Source: an uncultured virus (IMG/VR IMGVR_UViG_3300037225_000630) (Duplodnaviria > Heunggongvirae > Uroviricota > Caudoviricetes). From it: DNA of 64,000 bases. Below, piece by piece: positions 10,654 through 21,978 of the stretch. The position numbers were made by a program, and so were the translations under genes. Each line of letters starts with the position of its first letter. The stretch's first letter is position 1. The notes under the pieces are model-generated. The model was not told where the DNA came from. It saw only the letters and a list, made by a program, of their open reading frames with translations, and searched no databases. The stretch is taken from IMG/VR virus record IMGVR_UViG_3300037225_000630; one strand, written 5' to 3'.

Positions 10654-11142
10654 ATGGACATAAATGATATTAAATCAGATTTTCATCCTATGGAGTATAT
10701 AGGCACTTTACAAGAAGGTACCCTCCAAAAAGGATATTGGGTTAAGGGCTCTAAAATATATAACATAGGTAATAATGATGGACACTTCCAATTTGTGTTG
10801 GATAATCCTTCACTATTTGATATTGATATTTCTATTGAACCCTTATTGCCCGAACAAATAATGAAAAAATTATTCATAGAGGGGTGGTTGCGTATACGTT
10901 ATTATACCATAAGCACAAATAATGGGTTTACGGGTTTTTGGTTGGTAGGGTGTGATGTAGTAGCATTAAGAAAACCAGAAATAAAAGATTTTTGTTATTG
11001 GGCTATAAAAGAAAATATAATGGAATATCATGATAAGATTACCCTGATGAGACAAACTGAAGGGGATGTAGAGATATACGATATTGATTCAGGAGGAGTC
11101 ACCACTCTTTTACAAGAAAAACGAAGTTACACTAATATATAA
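10654..11142 (+). CDS. hypothetical protein, paralog family GYW...GWLRIRYY
   Basis: Shares MxIxDIxSDFHxMEYIG and GW(I/L)R(V/I)R motifs with 9473..10639. Confidence 0.7.
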   Translation: MDINDIKSDFHPMEYIGTLQEGTLQKGYWVKGSKIYNIGNNDGHFQFVLDNPSLFDIDISIEPLLPEQIMKKLFIEGWLRIRYYTISTNNGFTGFWLVGCDVVALRKPEIKDFCYWAIKENIMEYHDKITLMRQTEGDVEIYDIDSGGVTTLLQEKRSYTNI

Positions 11143-11784
11143 GGAGATAGAAATGGCAGAAGCATTAGATGTGAAATTGACTGATGAGGAACTAGAGAGT
11201 ATCAGGATGATTGTATCGAAGAAAGTCACGGCAGACTCCGCTATGAATAGAACGGAATTTCCAAAGGAAATGGAAGCTAATTTAATTTCAGCCTTTTATA
11301 AAGCTGCTGGTGAGAATCTAGCAGAGGCTAAGTATCAAGAATCAAAGTGGTGGAAATTAGTAACGGCTAAATATAATTTAGGCGATACCTCTTTGGATAT
11401 GGCAAGTGGTACTCTATCTAAGGTTGAGAAAAAGGAGTAAATATGACACAAATGAAGGCATTTAGCATTGTAGAGACAGGTGGCTTAGCTAAAGACATCA
11501 ATGATTTTATTGATGTTGGTAGGACTGCTACAGGATATGCTCATGTAGCGTTTGTAGATAGGGTAGAAGTACATCCTGCTGTTAATACTGCTTTTCTTGT
11601 TTATAGTGATTGTGATCCACGTTAATGAATGGGCAGCATTGATAAAAGATATCACTGCTAGAAGTAAGATGGAAGGACACCAGTTTAGTGACTGCTGGCT
11701 AAGAGTAGTTCGCTTAGTCTAACTTCCTTTTATACTAATTAATTACCCAGTTGCACTAACAACTTAAAAGGTAAAGGAACTACA

Positions 11785-12384
11785 ATGTATGGTATTATTT
11801 ATTATGCTCTTAATATACTTAATAATAAAAGGTATATAGGGCAAACTGTAAGAGCTTTAGAAAAAAGAAAGTATTTTCATATTTATGAGTCTAAACACAA
11901 AAGATTAGATTATCATTTTTATAGGGCTATTCGAGAATATGGGGAAAATTCTTTTATTTGGGGGGTATTAGAAGAAACAGAAACAAGAGAAAAACTTTTA
12001 GAAAGAGAAATATACTGGATAGCCTTTTATGACACCACAAATATAGATAAAGGTTATAATATGACTAACGGGGGAGATAATTATGGAATACCCACCCTAG
12101 AAGTAAGAAAAAGGATGGGAAGGTGTATGATAGGTAAAAAGAATCCTTTTTATGGTAGGAGGCACTCTTTAGCTACATTAAAAAGAATATCTAAAACTAA
12201 AAAAGAAAGAAAATGTGGAGTAAAATCTGTATTTTGTATTGAAACACAAGAAGTTTTCCCTTCTATTGATAAAGCTGCTATTAAATATGGTGTACACGCT
12301 AGTAATATTTGTATGGCATGTAAAAGAAAAATAAAGACTTCAGGAGGTTTTCATTGGGAATACTATAAAGAAAATAAAGACTAA
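11785..12384 (+). CDS. GIY-YIG homing endonuclease (NUMOD3/NUMOD1)
   Basis: GIIY...YIGQT, GYN, KNPFYGRRHS, SNICMACKRKIKTSGGFHW. Confidence 0.92.
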   Translation: MYGIIYYALNILNNKRYIGQTVRALEKRKYFHIYESKHKRLDYHFYRAIREYGENSFIWGVLEETETREKLLEREIYWIAFYDTTNIDKGYNMTNGGDNYGIPTLEVRKRMGRCMIGKKNPFYGRRHSLATLKRISKTKKERKCGVKSVFCIETQEVFPSIDKAAIKYGVHASNICMACKRKIKTSGGFHWEYYKENKD

Positions 12385-12392
12385 TTGAGTAT

Positions 12393-14996
12393 ATGGAAGA
12401 ATTTGATGAATTTAGCCTTAGAGACCTTTCTAAGAGAAAAGATTTTGATTTAGCCTCTGCTACTACTCGGTGGTACTCAAAAGAAAGAACATCTATTGAG
12501 GGTGATGCACCAAAAAGTACGAAATTAATTGAAGTAAAATTAAATAAAGAGAAAAATACTATTGAGTGTTCTCTTCTTGTTACTGCTACGGAAAAGTATG
12601 GTCCCACCCATATATATAAATCTGTAAACCCTCAGAAAGATTTTGCTATAGAAAGAGACCCTTCAGGACTTTACACTATTTATATTTCTTTTTTGGGGTT
12701 AAATAAGTTATATGCTTTAGCAAAATCAAGACAGCAAAAAAAGAAATTTAATCCCCAAGATACTCGAAAATCTAATACTCCAGTAAACAACATCTCTATA
12801 GAGGAAATTAAGGCGTTCCTAACAGATACTGATTTTAAGATTTTTTGTGATGATGTTTCTTGGCAATATCAGGGGGCTAATTATAAATTATCACAGTTAG
12901 GGGGGGCTTTATGGCCTACAAATATTCCTCCAACACATAAACATTTAGGTCCTGATGGTAAAACAAGAATGGGATGGCTGGATATTCACCCTATGAATAG
13001 TATTCTAACAAAGCATACATTAGAGTTTTTTGTTCATATTAAATTTTTCCTAAATCAAATAGCGGGGTCCGTGCTAAAACAAATTAGGAACCCTAATTTG
13101 CCAGGGGAATCAAACCCTACCCCTCCACCTACTGCTGCCCCAAAAGCCCCTATACCATCTCAAAATGGGCATGGGTCAAGTGTGAAGCCTATAGTAGATA
13201 TAAACCCTACTGATACCCCTGTGAATCAGGCCAAGACACAAGCTTTACAGCAGAAAGACCCCGCACAGCAAATAATGGCTAATAGGACAGTTAATAGTCC
13301 TGTAAATCAACAAATTCAGCAATCCCAAGCTTATCCTGGGAACCCCAATGAGAATCCGCAGCAGTATAATTTAGATAAAGAGGAAACACCTATGCCAGAA
13401 AGTACAGTTCAATCACCTTATGGTCCTATGCTTATACAAGAAGTAGAGGGAAAGCAATATAGAACATGGTTTAATAATACTGTAGAGCACCTAAAACATC
13501 GTGTTTTAGAGTTAGACTCAAAATATGAGAACTATGAATTTGAGCTCCCTATGAAATTAAATGTAGATACACGAACTTCTCTCTATGAAAGCCTATCTAA
13601 ACTCAAAGAAATAGTTATCCAATTTGAGACGGGAGCTGAAGAACAACGCTATCAACAGATGATACAGGAGACATTGAATTTCATCAAAGAAAATAGCCCT
13701 GATATTATTACCTTTGAGTCTACATTACTTGAATATTCTCATGCCCATATGTCTAAAGTATTGGCAGAAACTATTCAATTAGCATTTCCAATTTATAATA
13801 AGATTGTAGCTAATAGTAATAATTCTAATGATTTTACCCTTTCTTTAATCAAAAGAGATAGAAACCCCCTACATGAAATAGATTCTTTTCCTGGTAATAA
13901 AGAACAGACTGGTGAAGAGAATCCTGAAGAACCTAAAGGTAAGGCAGATATGGAAGACCCTAACAAGGGGTTGCCAGCTCCTCCAACCGAAGAAGATAAT
14001 AAGGTTCCAGGTAAAAAATTAGTATGTGCCTTTGGTTCATTCAATCCTCCAACTAAACAACACTTTGAAATGCTGAAGAAAGTAAAAGCTACAGCAGACC
14101 ACCAGCAGGCAGAGGCTATAGTGTTTTTACAAAGGGATAAGACATTTAGTGGTGATGAAGTTTCAGTGAAGCAAAGAGCACAAATAATAGAGGAGTTGAC
14201 TAAAATAAAATGCTGTTTTGATAAAGAAATTACTGATTTCAATGCTGCTATGGATTGGGCATATACCCACCATTATAATGAGGTAATGGTTATAGCTGGC
14301 TCTGATGAAACTAAAGATATGCTAGAAATTGGTACTACCAACAAAGGACAGCATACTGCTCAGGGCTTCTTTGACTTTGAGCATTTTAGAGTAGCATCTT
14401 ATGGTGGTAATAATCCTGATAACTCTGAAGAGTCCATTGAGGCTGTAAATGCTATTATGAATAATGATGAACAAGGATTTCTAAAGGCTGTTGATTTACC
14501 TTATGTAAAACAGCTAAAAAAACTATTTGCTATTTGTAGGTATGAATTACAGAATAAGATGGGGATGAATGAGAGTGCCCACCTCCAAGAAGCAAACCTC
14601 CAATTATTATATAATATGTTGATAAATCCAAAGAAACAACAAGATTTAGTGGGATGGTATAATGATGGAACATTAGAAGGAAGACTTTTTCATGACCCAA
14701 CCCCAACTAATGGAACAGATAAGATTCCGTATAAACAGGCAATTAATATTTTCAAAAAGTTATATAAACCCACAAGAGATACAACAAATATTGGAAGAAA
14801 CGAGGGTGGTGAGGAGCTTCAAACATATATATGTGGTATAATTAGATGGGCATTAATAAAATGCTATGGTAAAGAAGTATCTCCAGAGCAAATAGGTAAA
14901 GATTTAGATTATGGTATAGTGAATACTACTGGTGGTATGGAAACAGCAGGGGAAACCTCAGATACTTCTCCAAAAGACCAGGGATTGAATTGGTAA
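12393..14996 (+). CDS. large multidomain protein with cytidylyltransferase-like domain
   Basis: CAFGSFNPPTKQH (variant of FGRFNPPTxGH) and VIAGSD; Pro/Gln-rich linker. Confidence 0.65.
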   Translation: MEEFDEFSLRDLSKRKDFDLASATTRWYSKERTSIEGDAPKSTKLIEVKLNKEKNTIECSLLVTATEKYGPTHIYKSVNPQKDFAIERDPSGLYTIYISFLGLNKLYALAKSRQQKKKFNPQDTRKSNTPVNNISIEEIKAFLTDTDFKIFCDDVSWQYQGANYKLSQLGGALWPTNIPPTHKHLGPDGKTRMGWLDIHPMNSILTKHTLEFFVHIKFFLNQIAGSVLKQIRNPNLPGESNPTPPPTAAPKAPIPSQNGHGSSVKPIVDINPTDTPVNQAKTQALQQKDPAQQIMANRTVNSPVNQQIQQSQAYPGNPNENPQQYNLDKEETPMPESTVQSPYGPMLIQEVEGKQYRTWFNNTVEHLKHRVLELDSKYENYEFELPMKLNVDTRTSLYESLSKLKEIVIQFETGAEEQRYQQMIQETLNFIKENSPDIITFESTLLEYSHAHMSKVLAETIQLAFPIYNKIVANSNNSNDFTLSLIKRDRNPLHEIDSFPGNKEQTGEENPEEPKGKADMEDPNKGLPAPPTEEDNKVPGKKLVCAFGSFNPPTKQHFEMLKKVKATADHQQAEAIVFLQRDKTFSGDEVSVKQRAQIIEELTKIKCCFDKEITDFNAAMDWAYTHHYNEVMVIAGSDETKDMLEIGTTNKGQHTAQGFFDFEHFRVASYGGNNPDNSEESIEAVNAIMNNDEQGFLKAVDLPYVKQLKKLFAICRYELQNKMGMNESAHLQEANLQLLYNMLINPKKQQDLVGWYNDGTLEGRLFHDPTPTNGTDKIPYKQAINIFKKLYKPTRDTTNIGRNEGGEELQTYICGIIRWALIKCYGKEVSPEQIGKDLDYGIVNTTGGMETAGETSDTSPKDQGLNW

Positions 14997-15563
14997 ATTT
15001 ATTTCACCTTAAATAGTTCCTCCACTTCCAGTGAGCAGGTATACTTAGGATACTTTTTTACTTTGATACCATGGATTCTAGCAAGAAATTTAAGTCTGTT
15101 CCAACTGAGTATATCATATAATAAGTTATTCACTTTCCATAATTTTTCTTTATAGACTTGTAAGTTCAACTTATAGTATATACTATTCTCATCGCCTAAA
15201 TGATTATTTGAAACCATTTGATGAATACATTCCGTTGCCATTGTTTGTAGTATATTCCTAAAAAATTTCATATTCTCCTCCTCACTCATCATAATCTAGT
15301 AACTGGGGATTCTTCTCCAGTTCATCTAAAGAAATCTCAGTCAAGTGGTAGTAATCAATTTGAGGTAGAAATGCTTCTTCCTCATATTGAAAGCCCCACT
15401 TATCACCAATGATATTATAGAGAGTAGTTCTTGTTTCATTGCATGTTCCAGCAATCTTCACAAATCTACTCTTCAAGAGAGGCTGCTTGAACATAAATCT
15501 AAAATACCAGTTCATATTCCCTCCTATAAGAAGTATACTACCTATAAAGGTAAATATCAAGAA

Positions 15564-15953
15564 TTATCCTGATAAATTTTGTATTAGTTCAGGGAAGGGG
15601 TATATTATACCTTTTGGAAGTATCACCTGCATTGCTTGAGCCCCTACTCTGTTTTGAGTATGAAAATATACTTTAGTATTATTAAACTCTTCATGAGCTT
15701 GGAGGAATTCTGCTATGCGGGTACCTACATTAGAATCATCAGAACTAACATAGACTCTACCACCTAAGTCATGATCAAGGAAAATAAAATCAATATGGAT
15801 ACCTTCTTTTAAGATATACTCTAAAGTTTTTTTACCCTGTTCTACATCTTTAGCAATGTAAAGAGTATGATTTTGTAGCTTCTCTTGAAATAAGGGTATT
15901 CTATAGTTGCTAGGGTCGTCCTCTAAAATAAATACATTCACTATTCTCTCCAC
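15564..15953 (-). CDS. stand-alone receiver-like domain (cyclic-phosphate-processing type)
   Basis: FILEDD, FLDHDLG, HTQNRVGAQAM motifs. Confidence 0.7.
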   Translation of the reverse strand: MERIVNVFILEDDPSNYRIPLFQEKLQNHTLYIAKDVEQGKKTLEYILKEGIHIDFIFLDHDLGGRVYVSSDDSNVGTRIAEFLQAHEEFNNTKVYFHTQNRVGAQAMQVILPKGIIYPFPELIQNLSG

Positions 15954-16608
15954 TCAGGATGATTGTAAGGAGTTGCTATTTTGGAAACCTCTCCTGGCTG
16001 CCTTTCTATTAATATATCTTTAGGATATAAGTCCTCTATACTCAGTTCCCCTGATTCAATAAGGAATTTTAAGTTTCTCTCATCATCATTCATAGTATTT
16101 CTCCTTAGTTTTCATCCACAAAATTAAAAGAACATAATGTAGTATTACACATAGTGAGTATCTTCAGTAAATCTGGGGGCATTTGTGATGCTTGAGGATC
16201 AGAAATAAGATCATTCAAGCTTTGTTTTACATTTATTAATTTTAGTAGAGCTTCTGGCACTTCGCTAAACTGAGCTTCTATTACTTTTTTCTGAACCTCT
16301 ACAACATCACTCATATTATGTTTCCTCTGCTCTTTGCTTTTGCTATAGCTTCTTGTGCCAATTGATATGCTTTATTAAGCCCCTTATTCCCATCAGTTTT
16401 CATTGCCTTTACAAATGCCCTACACGCATCATATAATTCTATTGAAGCAGCCATCAGATAGGCATTATCCCAACCCTCCTCTGATTTTTCATTATCCACC
16501 TCAATACAGACTTCTGCTAATGCCGCCCATTCAGGACTATGTATGCCTACATACCCTTCCCTCTGGCCTTCATAGCTATCCCCTACCCACCATTTTCCAA
16601 CAGTATGT

Positions 16609-17058
16609 TTATTTTTCATGTTTAACCTCCCAATTATAATACTTGATAAATAGAATTCCGTCAAGATGGTCATATTCATGTTGGATTACCCGTGCTAACA
16701 TACCTGATGCCCACATACCCTGTTTTTTATTTTCCTCGTCATAATACTCAATCATTATCCCTTCCGGCCTTTCTACAGGAAAATAGATTCCAGGAAAAGA
16801 CAGACAGCCTTCCTCCATGCTACAAGTCATAGCAGAGATAGATGTTATTTTAGGGTTTATGAATATTCTTTTTTTATCTCCCACTACGTCTGTAATAAAT
16901 AAACGTAGTGAAACTCCTACTTGAGGAGCAGCCAAACCTATTCCTCCTTTATCTAAAACTTCAAACATGTCTGATACCAGTTTAGGGATTACAGTAAAGT
17001 CTGTAACCTCTTTAGCTTTACGAGTTAGAATTTCATTACCAAATGTAAGTATTTCCAT
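16609..17058 (-). CDS. def: peptide deformylase
   Basis: GIGLAAPQVG, EGCLS, QHEYDHLDG. Confidence 0.96.
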   Translation of the reverse strand: MEILTFGNEILTRKAKEVTDFTVIPKLVSDMFEVLDKGGIGLAAPQVGVSLRLFITDVVGDKKRIFINPKITSISAMTCSMEEGCLSFPGIYFPVERPEGIMIEYYDEENKKQGMWASGMLARVIQHEYDHLDGILFIKYYNWEVKHEK

Positions 17059-17241
17059 AGTTATTTAGTCATGCCCCACTTCTCTTCCTGTGTTACCTGC
17101 TTATAATACTTATAACTAGAGCATGCCAAATTTCCCATTTTTAAGTTCTTTATGCATTCAGCAGCATAATTAGGATCATCCTGATACATACAGTCTACAT
17201 AGAGAAAACCACAAGTAGAACAGGGATTAGGTGTATTCATA

Positions 17242-17649
17242 TCAATAATCCTCCTCTTCTGTATAATCAACAGGATAGATGAAGTCATTCAATGTTTCCT
17301 CTACTAGCTTTATCTTTTTGAGACTAGGATTCTCTTCCTTCAGTTTCTTCTCTATACCATACAGATTATCCCCTATGGACCCTATGAATATGCCAGGACG
17401 ATGAAGTTGAATGGTAAGAATACCATCATCTTCATTAAACTGAAATCGAGTTATACCTAGCATAAGTATATCTTTATCAGCTTTAGCATAAGCAGAATGA
17501 TACTGATTTATTTGAGCATAAGTAAGAGTGCCTTCTGGAACTGACTCAAAGTTAGGCATATACTTGTCTAAATAAAAATAACCAAACTCCCTCAATAGGA
17601 CCTTCTCTGTCCCAGTATAGCGCCCTGGTTTAACTTCTTTGATTTCCAT
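17242..17649 (-). CDS. KH-domain protein (ribosomal S3-like motif)
   Basis: LHRPGIFIGSIGDNL resembles the S3 KH motif RPGxxIGxxG. Confidence 0.5.
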   Translation of the reverse strand: MEIKEVKPGRYTGTEKVLLREFGYFYLDKYMPNFESVPEGTLTYAQINQYHSAYAKADKDILMLGITRFQFNEDDGILTIQLHRPGIFIGSIGDNLYGIEKKLKEENPSLKKIKLVEETLNDFIYPVDYTEEEDY

Positions 17650-18124
17650 TTCTTTTCTCCTTATAGATTAAACTGAAGTCCTTTAGTGATAATACTACTA
17701 TCCTCTTCTCTTGATTCTACTCCAAGCCCTGTTGATTCTCCATAACAAAGAGCCCTTAAACAAAGATTCTTACAGTCATCTTCGTAGGTATCAAAATTTA
17801 CAAACCCAGCAGAAATTACTTGAAACCCTAAAGTAGTATGAGGCATAAAAATAGGAATGAGAACAAAAGTGTCATTTTCATTCATTACATACTTCATTTT
17901 CATTTTCACTTGCATTTTCTTTTCTCCTTATATCCAAACTTTTCTAACTATATGCCCAGGGTATTTTGTTTGTGCATTCTCAAGATTCCAAGCAATAAAA
18001 TACCTCTTCTTTCCCTGAAGATAGACTTCATAGATTTTTTTATGTTCTTTGATGGCATATAAAACCCCTATAAAGTCTATCTTCATTTCTTTAGTAAATA
18101 TTCTGTGAAACAGAAAGTGCAACA

Positions 18125-19036
18125 TCATACAACTCCATTAAGTGCAGCTAACTTCCAGTGGCCATCAGTGCGCTTATCCTGATAATCCAGAAAGCAATCT
18201 ATCGACACGTTGTAGAAGAGATTGAAGTCCACCCTGGGGAACGAGGCAAGATTAGAAGCGAAGAAGTTGTAAACCTCTATCCTCACCGAAAGGGGAATCT
18301 CCTTCATGAAGGTTCCAAACTTGCTCTTGATATAGTCTAGAACCTGCATCTTAGAGGTATTGAAACCCATGATTTTGCAGCGGGACTGAATAGCAGCGTC
18401 CAATCTACACTTGTTAGAGATGAAGATAATGGAGGAGGTGAACTCGAAGTTCTCAGGAAGCTTGTCTCCCTTCGTCCTCTTGGTTCCGTCCATCCAGGTA
18501 ATAGTCCTTACAGGCTTGTTCTGGAGTGCTATCTTCAATACGTCTACCTGGGTTTGGGTCTTGAACACAGAGTCAAAGTCGTCAAATATCAGTACCTTAC
18601 CTTCCCTGTTATTGTAGAGAATCTTAGCAAGTTCATAGCTACCTTTAACTCCACCAGAGAAGTACTGATACTTGTCATTGGTCTTGGGAAGAAGCTTCTC
18701 CACTGTCAATGTCTTGCCTATTCCAGGCTCTCCATGAACGTAGAGAGCTTTAAGAATTCCGCTGTCCACTATCTTCACATACCTCTCCAAAAGGTCAAAC
18801 TGCTCAGTGAGGCTCAGAAGGTTTTCCTTCTTGACGGGAGCTTCAGGAGCCTCGAAGGTATGGAGAAAAGAGACGTAGGACACTTCTTTCTTTCCAGTCA
18901 TTTGAGCCCAATCCCGATAGAGATTGTAAGCGCTCATTATAGAAGTGTCAGTAAAGTCCACATGGGAGTTGGCAATTTTGAACTGCTCAACAGCCTCAGA
19001 TACAAAAGGCTTCCTACCCATTCCAACAGTATTCAT
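18125..19036 (-). CDS. phage AAA-type ATPase
   Basis: GEPGIGKT, LIFDDFD, IFISN, IQSR; GC-rich codon usage; start at MNTVG after GGAG. Confidence 0.8.
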   Translation of the reverse strand: MNTVGMGRKPFVSEAVEQFKIANSHVDFTDTSIMSAYNLYRDWAQMTGKKEVSYVSFLHTFEAPEAPVKKENLLSLTEQFDLLERYVKIVDSGILKALYVHGEPGIGKTLTVEKLLPKTNDKYQYFSGGVKGSYELAKILYNNREGKVLIFDDFDSVFKTQTQVDVLKIALQNKPVRTITWMDGTKRTKGDKLPENFEFTSSIIFISNKCRLDAAIQSRCKIMGFNTSKMQVLDYIKSKFGTFMKEIPLSVRIEVYNFFASNLASFPRVDFNLFYNVSIDCFLDYQDKRTDGHWKLAALNGVV

Positions 19037-19337
19037 ACACTCTCCTTCATCTAAGCTAATAATAATATACATCTTATTAGGAAGGGTGTCAATATAATTC
19101 GTATTATTTTTTATTGTTTCACGACGATTTTAAATCTCCTTGACATAATAAGAAAAAAGGGATTAATATACCCTCGTTCTATCAATTCATCCAGTTTATT
19201 ATTTTCCTGTTTGGTGATCATAAGAGGATAATGACTATCAACAGCTTCATATATCTTGTCTTTGAATTTTTTGTCTTCTGTTGTCATATTATTCTCCTTA
19301 AAAAATAGGGGAAGTTTCCTCCCCCTTTATACTTACT

Positions 19338-20261
19338 TTACCTTACGTTGAAGGCTCTGGCGATCCTGCGGTCCAGAACGTCCTGCTCCACAGCGGAGGT
19401 AATCTGATGGGTGGAAACATCGGTAGCGACGTTGTAGACTGCCCAACCGGAAGCATTTGTTTTGATGCTCTCAATTTCCAGCACTTCCCTCTTCTCGCCC
19501 TCTACCAGGGGCCTTCTAACGCTCTTGATGGTGGCATAGGGTGTCATTTTCTCAATAACAGCGAGCTTAAATTTGGCAGGGAAATCGCCATTGATGAGGT
19601 TCTGAAGATAGTTGATGCCCTTCTCCTGATTCAGGCGAGCGTAGACCTTCTCCACGAGGGAACTGTTCTCTTGGATTCGCTCGAAGAGAACATTCTTGAT
19701 TTTCTCAAGGTCGAATTCCTGATTGTGGCGATAGAACAGGGAAGTCTCGGAAACGAGAAGAGCCATGCCATTGGTGCAGCGGAGGCGAGCGCATCCGTAC
19801 CCAAATCCGAGGCGTTCCGTCTTGTTGTAGGAGTTCCGGGCCTTGACGAAGGGAACCAAAACTTCCTCATCGAGGAAATTGTGACCACCAATGTCAAGAG
19901 CGGTGGAAGGAATTCCAAGGTTCTTCGCAGGGTTGAAAGACAGGTCGGGGAAGTAGATTGTCTGGAAGAAACGGGCTCCCTTGGTTCCAACCCGAATATC
20001 CTTGGGATCAGAGGTGAACTTGATGCCAATGTCGGTGAAGAGGTTCTGGATAGTGTCGCTAACTTCTTTGTGGGTAACGACTTTGTAACCCTCGGAAATC
20101 CTGCCCAGGGTGTCCTTCGTGTTCATATTGACGATAGCACGGAGACCATCATCAGTACCATCTTCTCTGATATACTTCTGGGTTTCAACGGGGAAGAAAG
20201 CATCCATGTGGGCGCTCTTGTCCGTCCTGGTGTGCATCGGAATGTGAATTGTCGTATTCAT
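19338..20261 (-). CDS. DUF932/DUF945-like protein
   Basis: LGRISEGYKVV, NSYN, RLRCTNGM, GWAVYN; own TTGACA promoter and downstream terminator. Confidence 0.7.
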   Translation of the reverse strand: MNTTIHIPMHTRTDKSAHMDAFFPVETQKYIREDGTDDGLRAIVNMNTKDTLGRISEGYKVVTHKEVSDTIQNLFTDIGIKFTSDPKDIRVGTKGARFFQTIYFPDLSFNPAKNLGIPSTALDIGGHNFLDEEVLVPFVKARNSYNKTERLGFGYGCARLRCTNGMALLVSETSLFYRHNQEFDLEKIKNVLFERIQENSSLVEKVYARLNQEKGINYLQNLINGDFPAKFKLAVIEKMTPYATIKSVRRPLVEGEKREVLEIESIKTNASGWAVYNVATDVSTHQITSAVEQDVLDRRIARAFNVR

Positions 20262-20838
20262 ATTAGCTCCTTTGACTGTTTAGGTTGTCAACCTCTCTTA
20301 ATTAGAATATACTACTCTTTTATTATTATGTCAAGCATTATTTTTATTATTTTTTAAAATCAGATTTTTTATATCCAGTAATCATTGCTTCTTCTAGTAG
20401 ATACACCACGAGGTTAGCTAAAGGTGATTCATTATCTATCGCTAAAGTAGCTCTAAGTTCACTCATAGCCTCTAAATAGAGCTTTTTAGGAAATCCTAAA
20501 TAAGAACTCCTCTTTATGATGATACAATCACAATCATCCTCTAATTCAGAAAGGTTCATATTTTGAATAAAATTTTCCTTTCTTTCTTTTAACGTCATAG
20601 TATTCTCCTTTAGTATTTCAAATTCCTTACATACCGCTCATTATTATAGTTAGCTTTTCTTTTCCTGCCCATAGAATAGCTATTTTCATACTTGAATGCC
20701 CCTGCTATGTATGCACGTAGTTCTATTCCATCCCATTCCTCAGGGAACTTTTCTATTTCACTAAGGAATGTGTTCCTCATGCTATTGAGGAAATTATTAA
20801 TAAATAGTTCTTTGTCTTTAACAGTCATATTCAACTCC

Positions 20839-21978
20839 TTATTCATTCGCCTTGAAGCTATATACAGGCTTTAAAGTATACTTTATATCTACAGTATCCC
20901 CTATCAAATCCTGTATTTCCTCATAAGGCTTATAAGCCATTGGGGATTCATCAATAGTATCCTTAGAAACGCATGAAGTCCATATTCCCTTCATTGAATC
21001 CTCAAAGTCAGATAATTGTAATGATTTCTTTGCTACCTGCCTACCCATGATACGACCAGCACCATGAGGAGCACTGAAATTCCAGTCTGGATTGCCCTTT
21101 CCCGTGCCTATAATCAATCCATCTCGCATATTCCAAGGAATAATCACAGGCTCATTTAGCATAGCTGATATTGCTCCCTTACGGATAATTTCATGGTCAA
21201 GATCAATATAGTTATGGACAGACTCAACAGAACGACCATCACCATAGACTAAATCCATCTTCTCTTGAATCTGCTGTAATATATACTCTCGATTCTTATG
21301 AGCATAAATTTGAGCTATCATCATATCTGTCAAGTATCCTTGATAGTCCTCATCCTTTAAATACTCCAACCCATTCATGGTACCTTCAGTACCATGAGTT
21401 TTAGCCTTCGCTATAGATTGCCAGTAATTGGCAATCTTCAAACCAAAGTTACGAGAGCCTGAATGAACAGTAAGCCAGAGTAGGCCATCTTGATCCTTAT
21501 CTACCTCACAAAAATGGTTGCCTCCCCCACTCGATCCTAGTGAAGCCATAACTCGATTAAAATCCTGATCTTGCTTCTCACATATTTTTCTGACATCATC
21601 ATAGATGGAAGATTTCTTAAAATCTTTTTGAATCCATTCACCACCAGATTGAGAAGTATGTACATTGTGACCTGAAGGTACATAGGTATGAATGATGTCA
21701 TCAAGTTTCTGGAAATCTATATCCTTTTTTCCTATACATATAGAAGTGATTCCACACCCAATATCAACACCTATTAAATTTACTATTATTTTATTTGTAA
21801 GAGTTGCAGTATACCCTATGACACACCCTGCTCCTGCATGAACATCTGGCATAATACGAATTTTACTTCCAATAGAAACCTCATTATTTAGAAGAGCATA
21901 AATTTGAGATAAAGCTGACTGTTCCACATTATCATTATAAATGATAGCAGAATTGTATTTTCCACGAATTTCTAACAT
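20839..21978 (-). CDS. rtcB: RNA-splicing/repair ligase RtcB
   Basis: MPDVHAG, GVDIGCG, GGGNHF, HSGSR, HNY, RKGA, PHGAGR, DESPMAYK. Confidence 0.96.
   Translation of the reverse strand: MLEIRGKYNSAIIYNDNVEQSALSQIYALLNNEVSIGSKIRIMPDVHAGAGCVIGYTATLTNKIIVNLIGVDIGCGITSICIGKKDIDFQKLDDIIHTYVPSGHNVHTSQSGGEWIQKDFKKSSIYDDVRKICEKQDQDFNRVMASLGSSGGGNHFCEVDKDQDGLLWLTVHSGSRNFGLKIANYWQSIAKAKTHGTEGTMNGLEYLKDEDYQGYLTDMMIAQIYAHKNREYILQQIQEKMDLVYGDGRSVESVHNYIDLDHEIIRKGAISAMLNEPVIIPWNMRDGLIIGTGKGNPDWNFSAPHGAGRIMGRQVAKKSLQLSDFEDSMKGIWTSCVSKDTIDESPMAYKPYEEIQDLIGDTVDIKYTLKPVYSFKANE

Noticed and set aside
11630..12390. Group I intron around the GIY-YIG gene
   Set aside because: No interrupted host gene and no recognisable catalytic core; it appears free-standing.
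19407..20357. 316-aa + strand ORF (also 18554..19054)
   Set aside because: Antisense shadows of GC-biased minus-strand genes that have their own promoter and recognisable motifs.
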